Shown here piece after piece: positions 45,928 to 55,987 of a DNA stretch of 64,000 nt (position 1 is the first letter of the stretch; each line of letters opens with the position of its first letter). The position numbers and the translations under genes were made by a program. The notes beneath the pieces are model-generated. The model worked only from the letters and a program-made list of their open reading frames with translations, was not told the origin of the DNA and ran no database searches. This DNA is from Chlamydiales bacterium (GTDB taxonomy: Bacteria > Chlamydiota > Chlamydiia > Chlamydiales > JAAZZY01): the NCBI GenBank assembly GCA_965206695.1, contig CBDBKM010000011.1, forward strand, positions 64,001 to 128,000, written 5' to 3'.

Positions 45928-46098
45928 AAGACCTCTGCATAACTGACTTGATACTCTTGTTTTAAAACTCACTGATTGTCTAAACTTATTTTTCATTTAT
46001 TTTGATAAATTTTACAATAAGCAGTTTTTTTATTATGGGTGCAAAGCATCGCATAGGCGCCAAGAATCGTTGTTAGAAATCAGTTATGCAGAGGTCTT
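45928..46098. repeat. MITE, 171 bp (AAGACCTCTGCATAACTGA TIR)
   Basis: 19-bp perfect TIRs; inverted homologue at 47212-47382. Confidence 0.92.
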
Positions 46099-46270
46099 GT
46101 TAAGGATGTATGTGGGTATCTCTTAGAATAATAGAACATTTCCTACAGCACAGGGGGATGACATCTTAGCTAAAGCATCATCAGTTTTTTTCCCAAAAGC
46201 CCTGTTAATGTCCCCGATAGGTTTAACTTAGAGAAACAGACATAATTTATTAAAGAATATGAAGCATGAA
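46099..46270 (+). pseudogene. IS630 type D internal remnant
   Basis: Similar to the reverse complement of 48370-48540. Confidence 0.7.
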
Positions 46271-46308
46271 ATGTACATGAGTACATTAGAGACCGTAATA
46301 TGGGCTTC

Positions 46309-47097
46309 TTAGACATGTTCTTTCTTTTTTCCTTTCATTATACCCGACTCTTCTATTAGTTTTTTAACCCTTGGGATCCTTTGAGCCGGATCTATTTCCC
46401 TATCACGGATGTTGTAGGCAAAAGTAAAATAGTAACCGTCTCTTTCAACCCATCCAATGAACCACCCAATATCTAACTTTGTACTATCCTGTTCATTGAT
46501 AGACCCCATTCCTGTTTTCCCAAATAATTTCCATCCGGCGGGGAATTCCTCGATATACAAAAGGGACTTTGTTGTTTGAATAGCGTTTAATGAAATAAAA
46601 ATATTTGTATGGACTATCTTATTTAAGAAATGAACCTGTTCCTTAGGAGAAATTTTTAAAGAAGAACTCAGCCATGCCTGTGTTATTCCCCCGGTCATAT
46701 CCTCATTCCCATATTCAAATAGTGTCAGATAGTTTTGGATAGCCTTTATTCCCATTGCTTTAGTTAAGATTTGTGAATACCAAACACAGGAATTCCGAAT
46801 CCATGACTTAGGTGTCTGAGATGTTTTCCATGATTCAATATAATCAACATACTCTTTTTTAAAATCCAGCGTTGGCCTCTTTTCATCTATTAAGAGTCCT
46901 GTATCATAGCCCATTAAGCTTAAAGCAATCTTAAATGTAGAACAGGGGGTTACGCGTTCATTGATATGAGGGCCGAGCTCAAAAACGATGTCATCCGTTG
47001 TAGCATCAAGAAGAAGAAAATTTTCTTCTGATGAAAAACCAAGAGAGGCTAAAGAAATAAATAAGACGCTTAGAACTGAAAGCTTGTGACGAAGCAT
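46309..47097 (-). CDS. Class D (OXA-type) beta-lactamase
   Basis: Signal peptide; PCSTFK (SxxK), SCVWYSQ (SxV), YGN, WL-SSLKISP, KTG, GWFIGWVE. Confidence 0.93.
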   Translation of the reverse strand: MLRHKLSVLSVLFISLASLGFSSEENFLLLDATTDDIVFELGPHINERVTPCSTFKIALSLMGYDTGLLIDEKRPTLDFKKEYVDYIESWKTSQTPKSWIRNSCVWYSQILTKAMGIKAIQNYLTLFEYGNEDMTGGITQAWLSSSLKISPKEQVHFLNKIVHTNIFISLNAIQTTKSLLYIEEFPAGWKLFGKTGMGSINEQDSTKLDIGWFIGWVERDGYYFTFAYNIRDREIDPAQRIPRVKKLIEESGIMKGKKKEHV

Positions 47098-47211
47098 TAT
47101 GACACCTAATTTTAAAAAGATTGCCAGCGAGATTAACCTTTTAGACGTTAATTGACAAGCTTTTTAAAATAAGTAAAATGTAGCAAGATCAGTTTTATCA
47201 TCAGTTAAAAA

Positions 47212-47382
47212 AAGACCTCTGCATAACTGATTTCTGATAACGATTCTCAGCGCCTATGCGATGCTTTGCACCCATAATAAAAAAATTTCTTATTATAAAA
47301 TTTATCAAAATAAATGAAAAATAAGTTTAGACAATCAGTGAGTTTTAAAACAAGAGTATCAAGTCAGTTATGTAGGAGTCTT
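47212..47382. repeat. MITE, 171 bp, inverted copy of 45928-46098
   Basis: About 10 differences from the left copy by manual alignment; outer TIR degenerate (TCAGTTATGTAGGAGTCTT). Confidence 0.92.
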
Positions 47383-47383
47383 T

Positions 47384-47555
47384 AATACAATGATTGCAAG
47401 AAGACGATTTCATATAGAGCAGGCTTTCGGTACTTTAAAAAGAGAATATTGTATGGGTAGAGCTTCTTATTTTTTTCGATTAAAAGTACCGAAGGACAAC
47501 TTTATATGAAAGCTTTGTGCTTTAATTTGAACAAGGCTTTAAGAAGGATTATGAT
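47384..47555 (+). pseudogene. IS5-family transposase C-terminal remnant
   Basis: NTMIARRRFHIEQAFGTLKREYCMGRASYF...KALCFNLNKA. Confidence 0.7.
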
Positions 47556-47790
47556 GAACCGGAGGGAGGGCGCACTATTATCTATCAAATATTTATTTTA
47601 GTTTACAATTAACTTGATTTGTTGCAACATTATTATTAATCGTTTAAATTATTTACTACTATTATGTGATTTTATGAATTCAGTTAACAATGCACATGGC
47701 GATAAGCTCTTGACCAATTTACCTACTGCAGAAAGAGTTATGTATAACTTGAGAAATAGGCGGATAGAAGTTATTCCTATTAAAAGCGTA

Positions 47791-48805
47791 TATACTCATT
47801 CACATTGGAAGCCGGACAGGATTGAGTTCCGGCACTTGAAATGTATCATTCATTCGTGTCTTAAGCTTGTCTCTTAAAATCGGAATTTTGTCTTTAAAAA
47901 ACTTTCTTACCTCTAATTCAAACTCAGTAAATGTATCGTAAAATTTATTATAAGTAACCGTCTCTTTCATCACTTTCCAAAGCCTTTCTATTGCATTTAA
48001 ATTTGGAGAATATGGGGGTAAATAGAGAAGCTCTATACGTGAAGTCGTTAAATATTCTTGAATCAGTTTGTGTTTTATCGGCTCTTCCGTTATCTAAAAT
48101 AACATATATTTTTGAAGCCTGTGAAGGCTTCTCTAATCCTTTTAAGAAGTCAATGACCTCACTTCCTCCAATCGTGGAGTATTCTTTTGACCTGATTATC
48201 ATATCCTCAAGTCGTGAAACTCCAATAATAGGCATTCCGGTTTGCTTATTTGTGGTCTTAAGCGTTTTCTTAACCCCTTTTGGGATCCGGCCACATACGG
48301 ATTGGGATTGATAATCAGGGTGTACTGCATCAAAAAAATAGATCTCTTCACTATTTTGAAGGCCTGCTTTTAATGCTTCCTATTCTTTAATAAATTGTGC
48401 CTGTTTCTCTAAGTCAAGCCTACCGGGGACATTAACAGGGCTTTTGAAAACAAAATGATGATGCTTTAGCCAAGATGTCATCCCTCCTGTGCTGTAGGAA
48501 ATGTTATATTGTTCTAAGACATACGCACATACATCCTTAACCTTCTATTAAGTGTATTGAGAAAAATGGTCCACCGGTTCTTTAGTTTGCAGTTTGGATA
48601 ATTTACCGGCTGATCCTCCCTTGGGATCAGGCCCCGGACCGTCATCTCGTGCAAGAAGCACACACAAACGATTACGTTCATTTATATCACGGGTCTTTTT
48701 TACCTGAAATTCAAAAGTGCTTCTTTGATTGGGAGTTAATCGGTTCATGCAACACTAATATCATATTTATACTTTTTTGTGTACCTTTCAGTAGTGAAGA
48801 GTATA
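47791..48805 (-). mobile_element. IS630-family element (type D), pseudogenised
   Basis: TATACTC...GAGTATA ends; fragments MNRLTPNQR...ERNRLCVLLA, IYVILDNGR and YSPNLNAIERLW in different frames. Confidence 0.88.
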
Positions 48806-48843
48806 TACATTAGGAGCCGTTCAATTCCTTGCAGAGTCTGTTA

Positions 48844-49943
48844 TATACCCCTTATGAATCAAAGTGCCGATTCTAAGACTTGAAAATGATCATTGATTCG
48901 TGTCCTCATTGATTGAGCAATAGAGGGCCAAGTATTTTCAAAAAATCCGGTAATCGATCTCCGAAATTCTTTAGCAGAATTAAAAAACCGATTATTGCGA
49001 CAATATTCATTCATCACTTTCCATAATCGTTCAATAGGATTGAGGTTAGGACTGTAAGAAGGTAAAATAATAGAGAATAATACCTTGTTTTTCTGCTTCT
49101 TGTTTGGTCTGAATACTTGTATTATAAGGACCTTGATCTAAAATAAGATGGATATTTGGAGCTGAGGGATATTTTGACCGTAATAAAGCAAAATGTTTTG
49201 CCATGGTACCGCTATTTAATGTTTCATAAGCATCTATTGTTACCTTCATACTGTTTAAATTGATAGACCCCATAAGATTCATTCGAGTTCTAGAAGCTGT
49301 TGTTGCGATTAATTTACTTGTTCCCGGTCGAATCCAACCATAAGAAATTTTAGTTGCCATAGTTGGATGTACACCATCAGCAAATTCAACAGGCTCATTT
49401 TTAGGCAGAGATGCCATAAGCTTGGTGTAAAATTGCATCCAAGCTTTTTTGTTGATCAGAATTTGCCTTAGCCGGTGTACCTTTAGGCTTTTTATAGGAA
49501 AAACCATGTGAGTGTAGCCAAGAAGTCATCCCTGAAATCGTATAAACAATGCCATATTTCGCGAGAACATAAGAACAGATATCTTCTACTTTGACATAGG
49601 TATGAGTTGTTAAATGTTTAATGAATTCTTCTGACTGTGGTGCAAGAAGTTTACTGACTGAACCACCGCTTTCTACATGCAATTGCTGTTTATTTTGATA
49701 TTCTTTAATGTGACGAGACACTGTTTCATCGTCTAAAAGCACAGCTTCAGCAATACGAGTATTACTCCAACCTTTATTCGACAATAGAACAGCCTTGATA
49801 CGATCTCGTATACGACCATTCTTTTCTCGTTTATGTTGCTGTCTGAGATGCTTTTCTTCTGATAGTGTTAAAAATGAATTCATACAAAATAATTTACACT
49901 ATACGAATACAAAATATCCGGAGTTTTATTCGTGATGAGTATA
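48844..49943 (-). mobile_element. IS630 type B copy 2, with homopolymer frameshifts
   Basis: Near-identical to 11048-12145; ORFs 49401-49883 and 49046-49507. Confidence 0.95.
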
Positions 49944-50881
49944 TAGTCATTTAATTTTATATTGATAAGATTGCTTGATCAATGGCGAATTTAAAATTCG
50001 TAACTTTTCGTAATATCTCTCTAACTTTATTTTTCATATTAGCCCAATATTTTTCTATAGGATTTAAGTCCGGAGAATATGGAGGAAGAAACATAAGCTT
50101 ACAACCGGCAGATTCTACTGTTTTCCTGCTTTCCGCTGACTTGTGAAAACCGGCATTGTCAAGAATAAGAACACTACCGGGTGTAAGCTGAGGAGTCAAA
50201 ACTTCCTTAAGCCAAATATTGAATAACCCGGTATTACAAGTACCTTCAAAACACATTGGAGATAAAAACTGCCCTTTAGATTAGGGCTGAAATAATATTT
50301 TGCCTTATAAAGCGGTTTCCTGAAACCGCTCCAAAAACTTTTTTGCCGCGTAAGCTTCTTCCGGACTCACGAAATAAAAATTGATGAATCCCGGTTTCAT
50401 CGAGATAAATTCTCTTGTCAAAGGGAATATTTTTTAAATCTTTCATAAAAGCTTCCCGTTTCTTTTCATCTCTTTCCTTATAGCGAGTAGTTTTTTTTTT
50501 CGTGTAATTTTTAATCTTTTAAGGGCATAAAAAATCGTTTGCGGAGTGACTGAAAAATAATCAGCAATTTCCGATAAAAAATAATCCGGATGTTTTTCTA
50601 CATATTTAGATAACAACTCATCATCTAATTTCTTATAAGCATATTTTCTGCGGATTGGCTTTAAATGTCCTTTTTGCTTTTTTTGCAAGATCCATCGATA
50701 TATTGTTGCGATACCTACTTGAAAAATATGGCCGGCTGTTTTTTTATCATGATGTTTTTCTATATGTTGTCATACTTTCTCTCGGAGATCTACTGAATAG
50801 GCTCTAGGCATTGTTTTGTCCTTATTGTTTGTATAAAAAAAGAAGGATAACATATTATCAAATAAAAATTAAAGTACTATA
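49942..50881 (-). mobile_element. IS630 type C copy 3, defective
   Basis: Shares its TA with the preceding IS630; TGA at codon 14 and a 1-nt insertion in ORF B. Confidence 0.95.
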
Positions 50882-51157
50882 GTTAAAAGAGTTTCTCATT
50901 TCTAAATTAAAACCCGGACAAAGGGTTAACCAATTCTATTGGCTGGGCATTATCTATGCTATCGAATTAGTGATAAAAATTATCATTTAAAGCACTATAA
51001 ATCATTTCTAGCCCTATAAATAGCCCCTTCACCTTAAATCCTCTTAATTTAAAACTCTGAATCGGGATATACTGGAGTTTTGCCGGTTTTCCAATCACTT
51101 TTCATTCTATGCAACAAAATATTTTTTCAATTTTTTAAACCAAAGAATTTCAATACA

Positions 51158-52942
51158 ATGTCTTCACTTATTAATTGCCAATCGATTTCTAAAAGCCACG
51201 GATCTAAAATTTTATTCAAAACAATCACCTTAGGTATTCATCAAGGGGATAAGATTGGCATGATTGGCCCTAATGGAGCGGGTAAGTCAACTTTTTTTAA
51301 AGTATTAATGGGCATAGAAAATCCTGAAGAAGGAAAAATTATCAAACAAAGAGATCTTCGTATTGGCTATGTCTCACAAGAGTCTACTTATCCGGATCTA
51401 ACCATACAGAAAATTCTACTCTCATCCTTTAAAGGGCAATCAGACATACCTGATTATGAACAAGAGACCCTTAGTTGTATTATTCTCTCCAAAGTAGGTT
51501 TCAATGATTTCAATCAAAAGGCTAGTGCATTATCCGGGGGATGGATAAAAAGACTCGCCATCGCTAAAGCGCTTATACTATCACCGGAACTTTTATTATT
51601 AGATGAACCTACTAACCATTTAGATCTAGAAAGTATTATTTGGTTAGAAGCTTTTTTAGCTCGTCTTAATTGCAGCTTTATGTTAATCAGTCATGATCGC
51701 TATTTCCTGGAAAACAGCTGCAACCGCATTATAGAACTAAATCCCGCATACCCTAACGGGTTTTTTTCAGCATCCGGTAAGTACTCCAAATTCCTTGATA
51801 AGAGAGATGATTTTTTAAAAGGACAAAAAGAATATGAACAATCTCTATCCTCAAAAGTAAGAAAAGAAATCGAATGGTTAAAACAAACCCCCAAAGCTCG
51901 TACGACTAAATCTCACTCACGCGTTGATGAAGCTAATCGTCTTATTAAAGAACTCTCACAAGTCAAACAACGAAACCTTGATAAAAAAGTAGATATTAAT
52001 TTCTCATCTTCTGTCCACCAAAGCAAAAAATTAATTACCTTAACTAATGTCAGTAAAACAATGGGCTGCCACCCTCTTTTTCAACATTTGAATTTGACTC
52101 TATATAAAGGGATTCGTTTGGGCATTGCAGGAAGAAATGGCACTGGTAAAACCACTCTTTTGAAAATTTTAGCTAAAGAACTAAAGCCTGATACGGGCAA
52201 GGTCAACTACGCAGATAATTTACGTGTCGTGTATTTCGATCAAAAACGAGAACAACCGGACCTCTCACTCACCTTGAAAGAAGCCTTATCTCCTGCAGGG
52301 GAATTCGTAACTTATAAAGAAAAGAATATCCATGTAAGATCTTGGTGTAAAAGATTTTTATTTTCTCCTGATCTACTAGATCTTCCAATAAGAAGCCTAT
52401 CCGGTGGAGAAAGGGCTAGAATTTCAATAGCAAGACTCATGCTCAAATCGGCAGACCTTCTGCTCCTTGATGAGCCTACCAATGATTTAGATATTCAAAC
52501 TCTTGAAATTTTAGAAGAGAGCTTAGAACAATTTACAGGGGCTATCGTTTTCATTACCCATGATCGATTCATGTTAGATAATCTGGCCTCTTTAATATTA
52601 GGTTTAGGCATTTCAAATGAAGACACTCTTTTTGCTGACTACAAAAAATGGGAAGAAGCATCAGCAGCTAATTCTACAAATGAAAAAACGATTAGCAAAA
52701 AAACTACTTCTAACAAGAAAAAAAGCCTCTCTTATAAAGAAAAAAAAGAATTACAAGAAATTGCCGCCCACATCTCTAAATTAGAAAAAGAAATGGAGGT
52801 ATTAACAAAACAAATGGAAGATCCGCTCATTCAGTCTCAATTAGAAAAAGTGATTAAAATTGGTCAACAATTAGATCAAATACAAAAAAAAATTGATGGG
52901 TTATATCAACGTTGGGAAGAGCTGGAACAGAAAAGCTCTTAA
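51158..52942 (+). CDS. uup: ABC-F family ATPase (Uup-like)
   Basis: Two ABC domains (GPNGAGKST/LSGG/LLLDEPTNHL; GRNGTGKTT/LSGGE/DEPTNDL), KARTTKS linker, C-terminal coiled coil LSYKEKKEL...YQRWEEL; no TM. Confidence 0.88.
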   Translation: MSSLINCQSISKSHGSKILFKTITLGIHQGDKIGMIGPNGAGKSTFFKVLMGIENPEEGKIIKQRDLRIGYVSQESTYPDLTIQKILLSSFKGQSDIPDYEQETLSCIILSKVGFNDFNQKASALSGGWIKRLAIAKALILSPELLLLDEPTNHLDLESIIWLEAFLARLNCSFMLISHDRYFLENSCNRIIELNPAYPNGFFSASGKYSKFLDKRDDFLKGQKEYEQSLSSKVRKEIEWLKQTPKARTTKSHSRVDEANRLIKELSQVKQRNLDKKVDINFSSSVHQSKKLITLTNVSKTMGCHPLFQHLNLTLYKGIRLGIAGRNGTGKTTLLKILAKELKPDTGKVNYADNLRVVYFDQKREQPDLSLTLKEALSPAGEFVTYKEKNIHVRSWCKRFLFSPDLLDLPIRSLSGGERARISIARLMLKSADLLLLDEPTNDLDIQTLEILEESLEQFTGAIVFITHDRFMLDNLASLILGLGISNEDTLFADYKKWEEASAANSTNEKTISKKTTSNKKKSLSYKEKKELQEIAAHISKLEKEMEVLTKQMEDPLIQSQLEKVIKIGQQLDQIQKKIDGLYQRWEELEQKSS

Positions 52943-52961
52943 CCCAAGAAGAATTTTATAT

Positions 52962-53062
52962 CTTTGGAGACCATGTTAAATTAATGTTTTGTTAACAATG
53001 GTTGATGAATTAGGAATCTCTTCGATTTAGGATCGGGAGCTTTAAAGGTATAGCTTCGGATA
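52962..53062 (+). ncRNA. Orphan IS605 right-end / omega-RNA-like scaffold
   Basis: 52962-53046 aligns end-to-end with 19010-19095; no tnpB upstream. Confidence 0.7.
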
Positions 53063-53091
53063 ATCTCAAGTTAAATTTGAGATTATCCGAA
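53055..53091. terminator. Strong hairpin (15-bp perfect stem)
   Basis: TTCGGATAATCTCAA-GTTAAAT-TTGAGATTATCCGAA; no clear U-tract. Confidence 0.55.
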
Positions 53092-53303
53092 ATGCCACTA
53101 AAAATATTCGCTTTCTTCGATATCTTTAAGAGAAATCGTTGTTTACCTTGATATTACTCTCGATTCGGACTGTATCCATATTGTATCTTATTCAATTTCC
53201 AAATAAAAAATAGCAGTCTATTTAACAACAAAATGAGGGTCTTTACAATAATCTTTTTTAAGGATAAATTTTGGTTGATATAACCATTCAAAGGAGATGG
53301 CAT

Positions 53304-53669
53304 ATGGTTTACATCACTCCTTCTTCATCAGAGCATTCGCATACAACCAATAATCCCGCTTTTCAAAAGAATGATTTGCAAGGACAAGAATGCCCTATCA
53401 GTCCGAATAAAATTACTTACTCTTGGATAAATAAACGAGAAATAGGTAAAGATTTTCCGGGTTGGGGTAATCGATATGAAAGAGCTAGTGCTTTTACAAA
53501 TGGCATTCTAAATTTATTAGCGCATCGATCTCAAAAAAGTGATGATCAAGCTAATGATTTATATAACAAGGCTGTTACCAATCATTATTGGGAAAGCTTT
53601 GAAGGACATGCCTTGTTAGCTACTTTAGCCCTATCATCAGCTAAAAATCTTTTAAAAGAAGACACTTAA
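53304..53669 (+). CDS. Hypothetical protein (candidate T3SS effector or its remnant)
   Basis: AAGGAG RBS; Ser/Thr/Pro-rich N-terminus MVYITPSSSEHSHTTNNP. Confidence 0.55.
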   Translation: MVYITPSSSEHSHTTNNPAFQKNDLQGQECPISPNKITYSWINKREIGKDFPGWGNRYERASAFTNGILNLLAHRSQKSDDQANDLYNKAVTNHYWESFEGHALLATLALSSAKNLLKEDT

Positions 53670-53839
53670 AAGAAGCTTAAGTTAGGCACCCTACGCAAAG
53701 TTAGTATAAAAATTTTTCTATAGACGTTAGTTAGTTACTTTTAGGTGATTTTCAGCTTACCTTAGCGATTTGCTGTTGCAAGCCGGAAAACTTTACAGAG
53801 TATAGACATAGCTATCCTTTAATTTAAACAAATATTTGG

Positions 53840-54174
53840 GAAATTAAGTACCAATAAGCGTTTTAAATAACAGCTTATTGCTTGCATAAAAGCCGAGAAT
53901 TGTTCTTAGAAATACCTCGATAACGAATACGTTTAGGATCCTGAGAAAAAACTCGCTCATAGGGCCGAGCGTAAACCACTATACCGTCTATCGCAATCCC
54001 TATTCTTTCCCTTCATATTATTTTGCAGCCGCTAAATGATACGCACGTTTAGCGACAGCTCGCTTAGCCGGGTTCGTACAATAACCTTTATCTGCATCAA
54101 TGCCTCCTTGAGTAGGACACACATGTTCCAAGTCTTGAACATCTGTCTTATTTCCGGGTATAATGGCTACTTTA
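53840..54174 (-). pseudogene. IS5-family transposase remnant
   Basis: NKVAIIPGN...LEHVCPTQGGIDADKGYC; broken frames. Confidence 0.65.
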
Positions 54175-54258
54175 TTAACTAACCTTACGCACACCCTCTC
54201 GTAAATAGCGTTTGATTCTGTAGCCTGCTTAGTACAAGGCATGCGTAAGGTTAGTTAA
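54175..54258. repeat. Small MITE-like foldback element
   Basis: 17-bp perfect inverted repeats TTAACTAACCTTACGCA / TGCGTAAGGTTAGTTAA. Confidence 0.8.
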
Positions 54259-54259
54259 G

Positions 54260-55822
54260 TTAGTTATCCAAATCTATTGTCGCCTTTTCGGCCTTGTCGT
54301 TTGCATTAGAAAAATAAGCCCGGAAAAAGATAAATATAGAAAAAATGACAATAACAATAATATCATAAGGCATTTTTAGATACCCTAAGGGCTTAAAAGA
54401 TGTGAAATTATTCATGACAAATTTTGGGTCACCTATAACAGAAACAATAACAAGACCAATTAAATAAATAGGTATCCAAGCATTTTTGATAAACTGAAAA
54501 TCCCTCCCGACGAAAAGAAAAACCGGATAACCTAAAAGTATCAAAATAGCACCCACCAATGTCCAAGGCCAGGAAGCCCAATATATTAAAAGCGAAGCTA
54601 AAATAAATCCTAAAATCGGGATAAGAAAAGGAAAAGGCAATTTAAAAGGACGCTCTACATCAGGTTGTTTTTTTCTTAGGATAGGAACAGAAAGAGCGGC
54701 TGCTGCATAAGGCACCAGAGCTGTAATAGAAGCAATTAAAGCAACAGAGGGAAATGCAGGTATAGCAATAATAACAATAGAAGTTAAAATAGAAGCTAGT
54801 ATGATCGAATACATAGGAGTTGAAAATCTTGGGTGGATTTCACACATCTTAGACCAAAATAATTTATCCTTAGCCATTGCATATGGTAAACGCCCTTGAA
54901 GTAAAACCCAATCCCCACCGGCTCCGGCAGTTGCAATAATAGCCCCAACGGTAGCAATGGCAGCCAGCCAAGGAAGATGCTGTGCAGAAGACACTTGGGC
55001 TAATGGCGACGATAATTTGCCCATCTCACTCCAGTCTCCTTGAGCATAACCTAACCCTAACCAGTCAATCATCCCTACAAAAACAATAGCAATGATAACA
55101 TAGACTAAAATCGTTATGAACATCGTTAAAAGCATGGCAGTAGGAATTGTTTTAGATGGATTTTTCATCTCCGCTGTTGGAACAACGATCGATTCAAATC
55201 CGGTATATGACCAAAAAAATAATGTCATTGCAATTCCGATACCTTCAAATCCAAAAGGAAAGAAAGGTTGGAAATTACCTCCTTTGACAAAAGCGAATCC
55301 AATAACAGCAAATAAAAAGAGAGGTATTAACTTACCAATCGTTGTAATAATACAATACAGTCCTCCCCATTTGACACCGATGACATTTATGATAGTGAAA
55401 ATCCACAAGGCAATAAGAGCAATCGTAACACCTAAAACAGTTAACGTCTGGCCTATAGCAAGACCCGGCACATAAAACCCTAAATAAACAATAAAAATAT
55501 CTATAATCGCCGCTGTTCCTACAAACATATATAGAAAGTATCCCCAGCCCATTATAAATCCATTAAAATTACCCATTGCTAATCGTGGCAATGAATAAGG
55601 CCCCCCTACTAAAGGAAAGGCGGCTCCCAACTCAGCATAAGCCAAAGCTAAAAGAGTGGTAATAAGACCTGCAAATAAAATAGCAAGGATTAAACCGGGA
55701 CCTGCTACAACCGCCATTGCAGCCGGAACGGCAAAAATACCGGAACCCACCATGGTACCTACACCTAATGAGACAAGAGTAAATACACCAAATTTTTTTT
55801 GTAGATGTCCTTCGGCTTCCAT
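54260..55822 (-). CDS. APC-family amino acid permease
   Basis: GTMVGSGIF TM1, YAELGAAFP-GG, FFWSYTGFE TM6, EMKNPSKTIP, RLPYAMAKD, RPFKLP. Confidence 0.95.
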   Translation of the reverse strand: MEAEGHLQKKFGVFTLVSLGVGTMVGSGIFAVPAAMAVVAGPGLILAILFAGLITTLLALAYAELGAAFPLVGGPYSLPRLAMGNFNGFIMGWGYFLYMFVGTAAIIDIFIVYLGFYVPGLAIGQTLTVLGVTIALIALWIFTIINVIGVKWGGLYCIITTIGKLIPLFLFAVIGFAFVKGGNFQPFFPFGFEGIGIAMTLFFWSYTGFESIVVPTAEMKNPSKTIPTAMLLTMFITILVYVIIAIVFVGMIDWLGLGYAQGDWSEMGKLSSPLAQVSSAQHLPWLAAIATVGAIIATAGAGGDWVLLQGRLPYAMAKDKLFWSKMCEIHPRFSTPMYSIILASILTSIVIIAIPAFPSVALIASITALVPYAAAALSVPILRKKQPDVERPFKLPFPFLIPILGFILASLLIYWASWPWTLVGAILILLGYPVFLFVGRDFQFIKNAWIPIYLIGLVIVSVIGDPKFVMNNFTSFKPLGYLKMPYDIIVIVIFSIFIFFRAYFSNANDKAEKATIDLDN

Positions 55823-55987
55823 AATGATTATACTTTGCTATCCTTTCTTTAAATATGCAATAACTCACTTTTATATTTTAAAATGTTAAAAACCGGCCCC
55901 ATCCTTCGTCGCATATATATTTGGCATATTTTCTATATTTTAATACACTGTTTATACACAACCCTTCAATTATGATCGTTTGGTTTT

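Noticed and set aside
47152..47179. TTGACA-16 nt-TAAAAT promoter near the beta-lactamase start
   Set aside because: It is on the plus strand, pointing away from the gene, so it cannot be claimed as a MITE-supplied bla promoter.
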